NCBI GenBank assembly: GCA_000004985.1
Contig: GG738856.1
DNA from: Naegleria gruberi
Lineage: Eukaryota
Direction: 5' to 3' (one strand)
DNA: 64,000 bases
Each line of letters begins with the position of its first letter. Position 1 is the stretch's first letter. The position numbers and the translations under genes were made by a program. Below are positions 41,780 to 52,399 of the stretch, piece by piece. The notes under the pieces were generated by a model. It searched no databases. It saw only the letters and a program-made list of their open reading frames with translations, and was not told the origin of the DNA.

Positions 41780-44700
41780 TTAGAAACGTCTTGTTCTTGT
41801 TCTAGTTGCTGTGGTAGTTGAACTTGTGGTCGGACTGGAGCTTGTAGCCGTGTTTGAAGAGGAAGCAGTACTAGAGGCAGTGCTGTTATTATTGGTATTA
41901 TTGTTACTTCTTGATGAGATAGTGCTAGTACTAGTGACCGTATTGTTGTTGTTTCTTGTATTGGCAGAACTGCTTGGTCTTTCGGTAGTTCTAGAAGAAA
42001 TGGAAGGACTCGAGTTATTGGAATATGGTGATGAGGTATCCTTGCCTTCATAAAAATCTTTAAAGAATTTGATTAATTGAGCAACAGAATCATTCTCCTG
42101 GGACAGCTTTTTAACAATGAGAGCAAAGTATGAATCTTCTTTGAGAACTGCAGAGCTTTCTATACCATTTAGAGCACAATATTTGGAAACCATCTTGGTT
42201 TTGAGAGTTTCACATCCTTTTCTCAAATTTTCATCCATGATTGGATTGCATACAATCTCAATGAAAACCAAATCCAATATCATGGAATTGAGTTGTAAAA
42301 CATTAATGGGATTTACCTTCAATTCAGGATCAATTTTCTTATTTTCCAGAAGATTCCAAAAGAATGGAATTTCCAACATGTGCTTGAAGTAAAGTTCCAA
42401 AAGTTTAGCTGCAATAGGTTGTTTTTGAAGTTGAGGGAAACTTTCAAACATGGATTGTGACTTTTTCACATATGATACAAACTTTGTGACAGATGAAGAA
42501 ACAACCAACTTTCCAAGATCTGTGCTTGAGAGACCTTCCGCAGTTGTGCTAGGAGAGTAGAGAGTATGAAGAGGATAATTCTTTGGTTCTCCCAATTTCA
42601 TTTGGTCCATTATAATGGCAATACGATTATCACAAAATCTCTCAATAATCTTTTGGTTAATATCGTGTGTACTCTTCAAGAAAAGAGAGAATTGAACCAT
42701 TTCAATACCAAATAATTGTTTCATCTTTTCGAAAAACTTTGGAAGTAGATGGTATCTAACACTGCTGAGGTTACAAATCATGCAACAGAATTGTTGATCA
42801 CTCAAGTGAGTATTAGCCATCTTGAAAATATCCAAAATGTATTCTTCCAGCATATCTTTGACAGGATTGACTGCTGCTTGATAAAGGAAAACATTAGCAA
42901 CTGGCTTTAAATACTCTACATATTCATTAGCAAACTTGTAGAGATATTTACCACTATCTGTTATAAATACAAGGCTACTATTGTTAGCAGAGCTTGATGT
43001 TGTTAAATTTGGTGAGTGTGAATCCCAAGCATAATTGAATCCTTTCCAACTTTCATTGGTCACTAGTTCGGTAAGATGTGAAGCCTTTAAATCCATAAAG
43101 TGTTGAATGGAAACTTCCAAGTCACGTCTAAAGAACTCTGTGAGTAAGTGTTGAACTGAGAGACCTTGAATATTCATTTTCTGTGAGTTTCTAAATGCTA
43201 TTGTGAGTGCTTGAGTCATTTTCTTGAAATCCATTTTCAAAACTGGTCCTATACCCTTTTTGAATTTCATGCAGAACTTTTCAATGGTTTGGGTGACTAC
43301 CCAATTGATGAAACCGCTGTTGTGTGCTCCGTGAGGAATATTCGAAAGGAGTTGAGCAGCCTTCTCACTCACTTTTGCTGTATTATTGGCTGTATTTCTG
43401 TGACGACTAGAAAGATTGCCAGGGTTTGATGAGGGTTCTTCTTCAACTGATTTGGAAGTTTCTTTCTTCAATCCATCTCCAAAAATGATGATATAGTTTT
43501 CGCAAACCTTGGCAACTGCATTGAAGAATCTTGCAGAAAGTTCTTCACTTAATGCCAGAGGGTCACCAATTGAAATGTGAGAAAGTACTTCATCAATCAT
43601 CTTACTTTGTGCATCCAAATAGACACTGATAGACTCCTCCTTATTGTTCAAAATGGTCAAATATTTTACAACAAGCTCACTATAGGAAGGGCTTCTAGAA
43701 TTTACAAGTTCAATAAGTAACACTTCAACAAATCGTTGAGCTGTTTGTTGGAATTTTTCAACAATTTCGACCTCAGATTCGGTATCATCTTCAATATCCT
43801 CTTTTGATTTTTTCATAGTTGGATCAGTCATGAATTGTTCAACAATATTTCTTCCAAGATCATATAATTGAATACTTGACTCAAAATCTCTGATTTGTAA
43901 GGCATTATAAAAGTCATTATTGATGTCTTTGATTTTAGTCATGACCTTATCCTTCAATTCTGATTCGCTTTGTGAACTATTTGTTGATTTTCCTTTAGAT
44001 TTGAACGAATTTGACAATTCTCCCATCAATGTTGATGTTGAATTTAAACTCACTAGCGCATCACCAACAGTACTCTTCATTTCATTCCACAAATTACCCA
44101 ACTCTACTAATTCTCCATCCATTTTTTCAATGTGTTTAGAGGTTTGAATAAAGAATCCATAGTGATTATATACATCTGTAATCAAATTGCTAGAGACAAC
44201 TTGTTCCATTTTACGAAGCACTTTTTCATTGTGACCAGAAATATTCTTACTAATTTTGGTGATTTTTTCTTGTTGAATCATTTGAAATTTCTTACCACTA
44301 ATAATAGTTTCAGCTTCATGACCAGCAACTGTTACTTCCTTTGCAATATTCTTTGTGGTTTGAACTGCCTTCTTTACAAGTTTCTTTCCAGGGTTTAAAA
44401 GTTGTTCTTTCAAATTATTATTCGAATTATTTTCCAAAAATTTACTATTTGCAGCTCCAACTATTTAAATGATATGAAATAATTTAATTCAATATTTAAA
44501 ATATTGAACAATAAGAAACAAACCTGCTGTAGGAGATGAGGGGGAAATTGGATCATCTAAATCATCATCGTCATTTAATTCATATTCTTGGTTATCCTTT
44601 TCTTGATTATCCTTTTCATTATTTGTAAATCTATTAAATACTCTCAAATTGGCCTTGTCAAAATTCAACAATTTCTTTTCCATTCTCTTGTCATATTTTG

Positions 44701-45010
44701 ATTTATCCAAAATTGTATTTACATAATAATGTGGATTAAATTCTTCGTGTGAAAATGGTTCTAATAATTCAATCATTTCATCAGTTGTTGGTGGTTCCTC
44801 TTCCGCTTTTAATTGTTTATCAATTTGAGTGACACGTGACAATGACAGAATATCCTCCAATGTTACAGTACCATCTGTATTGGCAAAGTTAAGTGCTGTA
44901 TCTTGTTTACCAACAATATTATCAACAGTATGAGTAACTGTCGATTTAATCGTTGAAATTAGTGTTTGTGGTTTGAATGACGTTCCGATATCATGTAATA
45001 ACGTTGCCAT
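41780..45010 (-). CDS. Large helical protein, possibly an Exo84/Vps51-like tethering-complex subunit, with a Ser/Thr/Asn-rich C-terminal tail. Two exons, modelled as join(45010..44524,44460..41780).
   Basis: The 885-aa track ORF starts at a TTG, so its 'M' is an artefact. The upstream 173-aa ORF (ATG at 45010) joins through a 63-nt intron (GTTTGT donor, TTTAAATAG acceptor, phase 1) to give ..SSPTA-V-GAANSKFLENNSNNN.. in frame. The N-terminal region FNPHYYVNTILDKSKYDKRMEKKLLNF resembles the Vps51/Exo84 N-terminal motif. The C-terminus is low complexity (SSRSNNNTNNNSTASSTASSSNTATSSSPTTSSTTTATRTRTRRF). Confidence 0.5.
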
Positions 45011-45497
45011 TTTTTTTAATAATATTGGCCATCAAACATCAATCGAATTGGCAGAGGTCAATATTCATTCATGTAATTTAATAATTATAAATTATTTAAA
45101 ACTGTCGAATTTAAATATCTGAAGAAAAGAAATTGAAGTTAACTTTTCATTCTCTTAATTCTTAATGTTTTTGTTGGGCATTTTGTTTTTGATGCACATA
45201 AAAAGACTGTTCTAAAAATACACTACAATTTCCAATAATTTTAAAAAAAATGGCCACCGTCCCACACTCAATTTTTTCATACAAAGGTTTTGATGTAGGT
45301 TTTTGAAGATTAATAATGGATGATTGTTTATACAATTGGTGGTGATGATAATGACAAATTATGATGAAATTTATTGTTTTTTGTGAATGATTATTGTTTG
45401 ATATTAAAATTTTGGATGATCGGATCAATGAATTATTAATATTATTATTATATACAATAATTATTAGATTGATATTGCATCAAAGAATGCTGGACCT

Positions 45498-45980
45498 ATG
45501 GTTTTATTCTTGGGTTCAACTCCGAATATGGATGAATTAAAGTCTTTTGTTTCATCACTTTATGGTGAATGTAAAATAGTACCATCTCCACAAGAAAGAA
45601 AGGCCTTGCAATCTTCATTGGAACATGCTGAACCTGAATTGATTCAAGGAGATGTAACCTTTGTGCCAAAGAAACCATGGGAAGGTTTAAAGTTCCCAGA
45701 ATTGAGACCATTAAATAAGACAGAACAAGAAAAGAAATTAGATGATATTGTTGCTGAAAAGGGATCATCTGATGAATTCAAAGATGCCTATAAGGTTCAA
45801 CTTATTAAGAAGGCTGAAATTGCTTTGTACAAATTGAATCTTGCCAATAAGAGACATCAAGCTTTGATGCTTAAGAATGAGCTTGACACTTATCGTACAG
45901 TTGCTCGTGAATATGGTGAAAATTCCAGAGCTCGTGTTGAACATCAATTGAGACTTGAATCTCGTTTGGTTGATCTCTAA
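45498..45980 (+). CDS. Small hypothetical helical protein.
   Basis: A 160 aa ORF. The likely real start is the second ATG (MDELKSF..) near 45528. The C-terminus is coiled-coil-like. Confidence 0.35.
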   Translation: MVLFLGSTPNMDELKSFVSSLYGECKIVPSPQERKALQSSLEHAEPELIQGDVTFVPKKPWEGLKFPELRPLNKTEQEKKLDDIVAEKGSSDEFKDAYKVQLIKKAEIALYKLNLANKRHQALMLKNELDTYRTVAREYGENSRARVEHQLRLESRLVDL

Positions 45981-46078
45981 ATCATGATCCTTTTGTATAA
46001 ATAATTGTAAATTTACCCAATATAATAATAGCACTATCTTTGCACTGATTATTTGATAAATTTTTCAATTTAAAAAAA

Positions 46079-46897
46079 ATGTTTTCAAATATTTCTCTCC
46101 CCAAACTTGCCAGTTCCGTACCTGTTCAATTACAATTCAATACAACAAACAACATTACATCATCAGCCGGCTCGGAAGAAGATAACATAAAATTGAGGAG
46201 AATTGTATTGATGAGCGATACTCATCAATTCTACGCTCGGCACATTGAACATTTGGAAAAGGCTTTGGAAGGATCCAACAAGGAGGAGAGAATTCTTCTT
46301 CATTGTGGTGATTTTGGTTTCTATGGAAAGGAACAACCTGTTCTTAATTTTAATCAAGAATTTTTGGCCAAGATCAAACATTTGTTTTCTTTCATTATTG
46401 TAATTATTGGAAATCATTCGAGTCCACTAATGGAGGCATTAGATTTCAATGTTGAAAAATTCAAAGAATTGTATCTTTCGAATGCTACTCATTTGTTATT
46501 TGATTCGAATGTAAAAATATGTGGTTTAACAATTCATGGAATATCATGGAAATCAAAGAAGGAAGACTCCTTTCAATTTTCCAAATTTCCAGCTTCTCAA
46601 CATCAAGCCCTTATTAACAAATTGAAAATGGAAAAGTATAACATGATTCCACAGGATGTAGATATCATTTTAAATCATGAGCCACCACAAGATATTTTCG
46701 ATGATGGATCTGGAAGCGCAGCATTCAGAAAATTCCTATTTGAAAAGGCAAATAATTTGAAAAATTTAAAATTTGTGGCATTCGGGCATGCTCACTCAAA
46801 GTATGGGCATGAGAATATTGATTTAGGAGAAGGGAAAGTCAAGTTTATTAATGCAGCTTTGAATAATACGAATGCTCCTTTCTATTTTGATTTATAA
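46079..46897 (+). CDS. Calcineurin-like metallophosphoesterase, of the MPP superfamily.
   Basis: A 272 aa ORF. MPP motifs appear in order: SDTHQ (GDxHG-like), CGDFGFYG (GDxxDRG-like), GNHSSP (GNH[ED]) and FGHAHSKYG (GHxH). Confidence 0.65.
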   Translation: MFSNISLPKLASSVPVQLQFNTTNNITSSAGSEEDNIKLRRIVLMSDTHQFYARHIEHLEKALEGSNKEERILLHCGDFGFYGKEQPVLNFNQEFLAKIKHLFSFIIVIIGNHSSPLMEALDFNVEKFKELYLSNATHLLFDSNVKICGLTIHGISWKSKKEDSFQFSKFPASQHQALINKLKMEKYNMIPQDVDIILNHEPPQDIFDDGSGSAAFRKFLFEKANNLKNLKFVAFGHAHSKYGHENIDLGEGKVKFINAALNNTNAPFYFDL

Positions 46898-46957
46898 AGG
46901 GTAAACTAATGAAATGGGAATTGAACTTTATGCTACTAAGTGAGAACTTGAGAAACT

Positions 46958-48514
46958 TTGTTGAACTTGGAACTTTATATTCACTGGAACCAAAGACAAA
47001 CAGAAAAAATGGTTCAAAACGAAACCGTGTCTGATACTAGTTCTACAAAATCGCAATGCAAACAGAATGATTTTAATTTCATGGCGCTGGAGTTACTATT
47101 TGAAACTGCTATTAACTTTTTAAAAGTTAATGAAATTTTTAACTTAGCCATATCATGTAATCTATTCTATTCTTCAATATTTTGTAATCCCAATATGTGG
47201 ATAAAATTAGCAAAAAGAGAAGGAATGTATGAGGATGGAAATACTTCAATCGAGTGCAAAGATATGTTTCGTATTGGTAGGTGCATATCTGATTTCTTAG
47301 ACATTGTTATTAAAAACAAAAGCTGGCATTTATCTCATGAAGAGATCACAAATATTTTCAGAGAAACTTGTCCAAACACCAAACTTGTTCATTTGGCTTA
47401 TTTATTGAGAAGTGGCTATTCTGTTGAGAAGAGAAGATTGGTTATTGGATATGTATTACCTCTTTTTAGAACTTCAGAACACTATCGCGAAACATTGCAG
47501 AAAATATTTATTGATGCTTGTTTAATGGAGCCAAATAATTCCATCCTCTCATATTCATTCACTTCCTCATATTATCATGAATTGATGGAAACTAAGGAAG
47601 TTGATGCTGCGTTGTTTACTACTGCTCTCAGACGTAATGGCAGTTTACTTTGGTTAAACGAGTTTTTATGTACTTTGATGGTTAGAAGATTCGACAAAAA
47701 CAATTTAGAGGACAGTAACTATGAAATGGCTATTTACTTACTAAAACTGAAACACCAGCCACAAAACGGAGCTATTTCAACTGTTTATCAAATATTTCAA
47801 TTATTTTATAACAGAAAGCAAGATTATATGGAACATTTCAAAGAAATTCTTAGAAATCCTAGTTCATCCAAGCTGGTAATTGAAAATTTACAAATTTTCA
47901 ACCAAGTGTTTTTAGAAGAAGTCATTACAGCACCACATAATCTTTATGTTAGAAAGGAATATTGTAAAAAGTTCTTTACCACTAAGAGGGATTATGTTTT
48001 AAATAATGAATTGGAAGAAAAGGCATTCAATTTTTTTATTAATTATGAAGGATATTCATGGGAAATTGATTATTTGTTTTCCAATTTTATTCGACTAAAG
48101 GAAAGTGCTGGAGATGAATTTTACGAAAAACACAGACATCACTTTTATGAGATTTTCTTCACTCACTGGAAAGAAGCCATAGAAAAACAAGAAATGCTTA
48201 TTGAGCTTTCGAAAATTGATCTTAAGAGAACTGTTGATGAAATGCTAAACGCTGATCCACCCATTTATCTATCATGTATTTTTTCGAAATTGAAACAAGC
48301 AACTCAAATTATTGAGATATTTAAAACCTATTCGAATGAAATTGAAAAGAAGGAGCAAGAAATATTATTTTGCAACCTGACACATGCTTTGAAAAAAGTT
48401 CTAATCAAACATTATAATGAAAAGACAAAAAAGTTTCTGTTGGATATGATAGATTGGATGACACCAGTTTATCCCAAGGCAAATGAACTATGTCAAAAGA
48501 TCTTGCAGAACTAG
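46958..48514 (+). CDS. F-box-like hypothetical protein.
   Basis: A 518 aa ORF. The track start is TTG, and the first ATG (MVQNETV..) is near 47009. The F-box-like helices are LELLFETAINFLKVNEIFNLAISCNLFYSSIFCNPNMW. Confidence 0.4.
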   Translation: MLNLELYIHWNQRQTEKMVQNETVSDTSSTKSQCKQNDFNFMALELLFETAINFLKVNEIFNLAISCNLFYSSIFCNPNMWIKLAKREGMYEDGNTSIECKDMFRIGRCISDFLDIVIKNKSWHLSHEEITNIFRETCPNTKLVHLAYLLRSGYSVEKRRLVIGYVLPLFRTSEHYRETLQKIFIDACLMEPNNSILSYSFTSSYYHELMETKEVDAALFTTALRRNGSLLWLNEFLCTLMVRRFDKNNLEDSNYEMAIYLLKLKHQPQNGAISTVYQIFQLFYNRKQDYMEHFKEILRNPSSSKLVIENLQIFNQVFLEEVITAPHNLYVRKEYCKKFFTTKRDYVLNNELEEKAFNFFINYEGYSWEIDYLFSNFIRLKESAGDEFYEKHRHHFYEIFFTHWKEAIEKQEMLIELSKIDLKRTVDEMLNADPPIYLSCIFSKLKQATQIIEIFKTYSNEIEKKEQEILFCNLTHALKKVLIKHYNEKTKKFLLDMIDWMTPVYPKANELCQKILQN

Positions 48515-48913
48515 TTCTGATAATGTTGTAAAAACCTTTCTTTGTAACAATAAGAAAATCTGTTGTTTCTTCTAGGTTGCGATTCTACTAGAAATTGACT
48601 CAATCAAGAGAGTGTTAGACAAGAAAATTGTGGTCAACAGCCCTCTAACTAATTAATTGGCTTAATCTTTTTGTTAACCCTCAGCACACTAAATTCATAA
48701 TTCAACAAGTGTTACATGACTCTGATTGAACTCCGATTGTTCTAGGAAAATCAAAACTCACAATAATTCAACCATCTTCATCTAATACATTCTCTTTCCC
48801 AATTAGAAAGCCATTTAGAAAAAAAATGTTTGCAAGTCGGTCAATCCACAATGATGGTTCGTTTTTTAATGCATTTTCTTCCGATTTAATATTCAATCAA
48901 TATTATTGAATAT

Positions 48914-48950
48914 GTTCAATATATTCAATATATTCAATATATCAATATAT
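48914..48950. repeat. Microsatellite-like (TTCAATATA)n, about 4 units, just upstream of the GTPase gene.
   Basis: The sequence reads gttcaatatattcaatatattcaatatatcaatatat. Confidence 0.6.
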
Positions 48951-48994
48951 TAAATCATGATGAAATATAATTATCGGAAATCACAATATTAGAT

Positions 48995-49695
48995 ATGATC
49001 AGCAATGAAGTGGAAATGCTATTGAATGATCCTGATTTTAAAATCAAAATAGTAATGGTTGGATCTCCTAATAGTGGAAAAACATCATTAGCTACTCGAT
49101 TTGCTAAATGTGAATTTGATATGAATAAATCGTATGAACATTCTACAGATACGAGTATTCAGTTGGCTAAAATTGATGTCAATGATAAACAAGTTACAAC
49201 TGAAATTTGGGATTGTATCAGTGAATTGGGAGTTGCCCATGAGGAAAAGAGAAGATTACAATATTTGAATACTATGGCTTTTATAATTTGTGTGTCACTG
49301 ACTGATGAGTCAACTTTGGAGGATGCTCTTCATTATGTAAGTTTTTTTATTGGAAACCCAAGTTTCAAAACATGAATGGAAATTGGATTATCTCAATTTT
49401 AATTATATAGTGGATTCCTGAAATTAAGAAATATTCACCTGATACACCAATTGTCTTATGTGGATCTAAACTTGATCTTGTTAAGAATGATTCTTCAATT
49501 GGAACACAAAATCAAAATAGGTATACTACTTATGAACACATGGTTCATCAAGCTAAAAGAAGTAAATGTAAAACCTATGTGGAAACAACGTGCATATCAG
49601 ATGTGACAGTTGTTCAATTATTTGCAACAGCAATCCAATGTGCCTTAGGTCTTTACAAGGACGATGACTCTTCCAAAAAATGCTCTCTCATGTAA
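48995..49695 (+). CDS. Ras-superfamily small GTPase, Rho-like, with an atypical G3 region and a C-terminal CaaX box. Two exons, modelled as join(48995..49336,49411..49695).
   Basis: Exon 1 encodes the P-loop GSPNSGKTS and ends ..DALHY. A 74-nt intron follows (GTAAGT at 49337, TTATATAG| ending at 49410, phase 0). Exon 2 encodes WIPEIKKYSPDTPIVLCGSKLDL (a Rho-family W.PEI motif; the G4-like motif is CGSKLD) and ends KKCSLM, which is a CaaX box. The canonical DTAGQE (G3) is replaced by IWDCISELG. Confidence 0.7.
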
Positions 49696-49849
49696 ATTTC
49701 ATAAATCAATTGTAATTAATTATCCTTCTCCAAACATTCCTTGAATATTCACTTGAAATGTAATTAAGAATTAAAAATCTCTCAATCAATTTAACCCTCA
49801 ATAAAAATTTACAAACAATTTTTTTTAAGCTAAAATTAGATTTAAAAAA

Positions 49850-52393
49850 ATGCTTGGACAACAACAATCGGATTCGGAACGTAAATTTCTCTCTCGTTTG
49901 ATCAGCTCGCAAAAACAATCACAACAATATGTTGATGAGGGATTGAAAGCTAAAGCAAGAGCCTTGATTCCTGTGGATCAAATTCATGAACGAGCACAAG
50001 AAAAATACAAGATGAAAAAGGAGAATGATCCAAACTCTAATCCATTGTTGGAACGTTTCATCATTCAAGAGTTATTAAATTGGTTTAAGAGTGATTTTTT
50101 CAAGTGGGTTAATAATCCTCCTTGTGATCATTGTCAAGCAACAAATACAAACGGAATGGGAGGAGTTGCTCCTAATGCTTCGGAACAACAAAATTTAGCT
50201 GGTATTGTTGAATTGTATTCATGTCCAAATTGTAGACAAACTACCAGATTTCCTCGATATAATTATGTTGGAAAATTATTGGAAACTAGAAGAGGAAGAT
50301 GTGGTGAGTGGGCTCAATGTTTCACTTTAATGGCCTCAGCTATGGGATATGAAGCAAGATATGTTCTTGATTGGACTGATCACGTTTGGACTGAGGTTTA
50401 TTTGGATGGATGGTGTCATGCTGATTCATGTGAAGGAACACTGGATTCACCAATGATGTATGAAGCTGGATGGCAAAAGAAACTCTCTTATATTATTGCT
50501 TTCTCTGCAGAGGAAGTAATTGATGTCACAAAAAGATATACTCAAAATTTCTATTCTGACGACTTCCAACAAAGAAGAAGAGCTCAAGGCATTAGTGAAC
50601 CTTGGTTAGAAAGCACATTGAAAAACATTAATGAGCAATTGCATGTATTTATGCCACCTTACAGATCTACCTTCCTTAAAAATAGACAAACAAAGGAAAA
50701 AGATCAAATTGAACAAAAGCAAAAATCCTCGTCTGACCTCACATTGGAAGAACAAAGAGGAAGAATATCCGGCTCTGAAGAGTGGAAGAAGTCTCGAGGA
50801 GAAACAGGCAAAACATCTTGTGATGACGATAGCTGTCCTGTTCCTCAATATAAGTTAGAGCAATCTGTTGTGGATAGCCTTAAGCTCTATACCAACAAGA
50901 TTGAAGTGAATAAGAAAACAAATTCTCTATCTTGTCTAGGAAATTGTAGAGTTTTGAATGATAATTCAATCATAATTACAGAAAACAAGACTTCTCAATG
51001 CGGTTCAATAGTGTTTAATGATCAGTTGGATGTGCGTGATATGGTTATTGAATTCTCGTTCCAACTTACAAAGAATGGAACTGGAGCCGATGGGTTTGCC
51101 CTGATTATGCACTCCAATGATAATGCTGCACAAATGGGAGCTCCTGGTAGTGGAATGGGATATGAAGGAATACCAAACTCTATTGCAATCGAATTTGATA
51201 CTTACCAAACCTTCGATAGAACAAGAGATCCAGATTCAAACCATATCTCTATCCAAACAAGATATGACAAACCAAACTCTGCACATCACGACTATTCTCT
51301 CAAATGTACAACAAGTCTTCCTATTACTCTTTCAGATGGAAAAATTCACAACTGTCAACTTCTTATCCAAGGAGGGAAATTATCTATTATTTTAGAGAAG
51401 GAATATTTGATACTGAAGGATGTATCTGTTGATTTTGAGAGAGTATTTGGAAAGGGAAAGAAATTTAGAATTGGCTTAACTGCTTCAACAGGTGGTTTAT
51501 CAGAAGAACACAAAATTGTAAATTGGTCCATCCTCACAAAAACAACTAGTACTTCATATGTTCTCTTTGACCAAGTGAACATTGCAGGTGTTGAGAAAAA
51601 ACTCAAGGAATTGATTTCTCGTGAACCTAGTCCTACAATTACAGATATACAAGTTCAATCGCTTTTGAATGTGAGTGGTTGGAAAATTACAGAAATTTCC
51701 TTAGTGAATTCTATCCTCAGACAATGGAAATTCGAAAACCTCTTCCCAATTATTGACTTGTTGCGTATTGCCATTGTAAACAACAAGACTGTCTCAGATA
51801 CATTCTCCAAGCTTTTCATACAGAATCAAAAGGACCATTTATTATTGAATATCTTTAACAAGACTAGTGAGGCAACAGTTGAAAATTCGTACGCCTACTG
51901 CCTTGTATCTCTTAGACTTATTAACAATCTCTTTAAGGAAAGGTTAGGTAGAGTCTATGTTAACAAGTTCACAGACAAAATCTTGGAACAGTTGACAGAA
52001 AGCAAAATTTTCACCTTACAACCAACCTCAAAACCTGCATATAGACAAACGTACGGTGCTCTCCTTCACAATCTCTCACTATTATTTGTAAATGAGCTTC
52101 CAGATGAAGAAATGATGGTTAGGTTATTCTCCACCTCCTTTGAAATGTTGGAAAAAGAGATTTCAAGAGAAGACTTTGATGAAAGTGCTTGTCAATATGC
52201 TATCAAATCGTTAACAATACTTCTCAAGGTTGATTCAAAGGAACAACCAACCGATGAAGAGGACAGTATCATGCATGGTCTTGCCTTAAGTATGGACATT
52301 CATAGTTTAGTGTTGAAATTGAAGACAAGAAACCTTGCCAATGTGGATTTGTGTTCTCTTCTCAACTCATTAGAAAAACAGTTTGGAAATTAA
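49850..52393 (+). CDS. PNG1: Peptide:N-glycanase (PNGase) with a transglutaminase-like core, fused to an L-type-lectin-like beta-sandwich domain and a C-terminal helical region.
   Basis: An 847 aa ORF. The PNGase core has the zinc-binding CDHC..CPNC and the catalytic Cys motif RRGRCGEWAQCFTLMASAMGYEARYVLDWTDHVWTEVY. The middle region is ADGFALIMHSNDNAAQMGAPGSGMGYEGIPNSIAIEFDTYQTF..DPDSNHISIQT, which matches the legume/L-type lectin pattern (ADG[LF]AF..GG.LG...N..VAVEFDT..N..DP..NHIGI). The C-terminal roughly 250 aa are helical. Confidence 0.8.
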   Translation: MLGQQQSDSERKFLSRLISSQKQSQQYVDEGLKAKARALIPVDQIHERAQEKYKMKKENDPNSNPLLERFIIQELLNWFKSDFFKWVNNPPCDHCQATNTNGMGGVAPNASEQQNLAGIVELYSCPNCRQTTRFPRYNYVGKLLETRRGRCGEWAQCFTLMASAMGYEARYVLDWTDHVWTEVYLDGWCHADSCEGTLDSPMMYEAGWQKKLSYIIAFSAEEVIDVTKRYTQNFYSDDFQQRRRAQGISEPWLESTLKNINEQLHVFMPPYRSTFLKNRQTKEKDQIEQKQKSSSDLTLEEQRGRISGSEEWKKSRGETGKTSCDDDSCPVPQYKLEQSVVDSLKLYTNKIEVNKKTNSLSCLGNCRVLNDNSIIITENKTSQCGSIVFNDQLDVRDMVIEFSFQLTKNGTGADGFALIMHSNDNAAQMGAPGSGMGYEGIPNSIAIEFDTYQTFDRTRDPDSNHISIQTRYDKPNSAHHDYSLKCTTSLPITLSDGKIHNCQLLIQGGKLSIILEKEYLILKDVSVDFERVFGKGKKFRIGLTASTGGLSEEHKIVNWSILTKTTSTSYVLFDQVNIAGVEKKLKELISREPSPTITDIQVQSLLNVSGWKITEISLVNSILRQWKFENLFPIIDLLRIAIVNNKTVSDTFSKLFIQNQKDHLLLNIFNKTSEATVENSYAYCLVSLRLINNLFKERLGRVYVNKFTDKILEQLTESKIFTLQPTSKPAYRQTYGALLHNLSLLFVNELPDEEMMVRLFSTSFEMLEKEISREDFDESACQYAIKSLTILLKVDSKEQPTDEEDSIMHGLALSMDIHSLVLKLKTRNLANVDLCSLLNSLEKQFGN

Positions 52394-52399
52394 AGTGGT

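Noticed and set aside
41811-42053. 80-aa plus-strand ORF (VVELVVGLELVAV..)
   Set aside because: It is the antisense translation of the Ser/Thr/Asn-rich tail of the 41780..45010 gene, and it starts at GTG.
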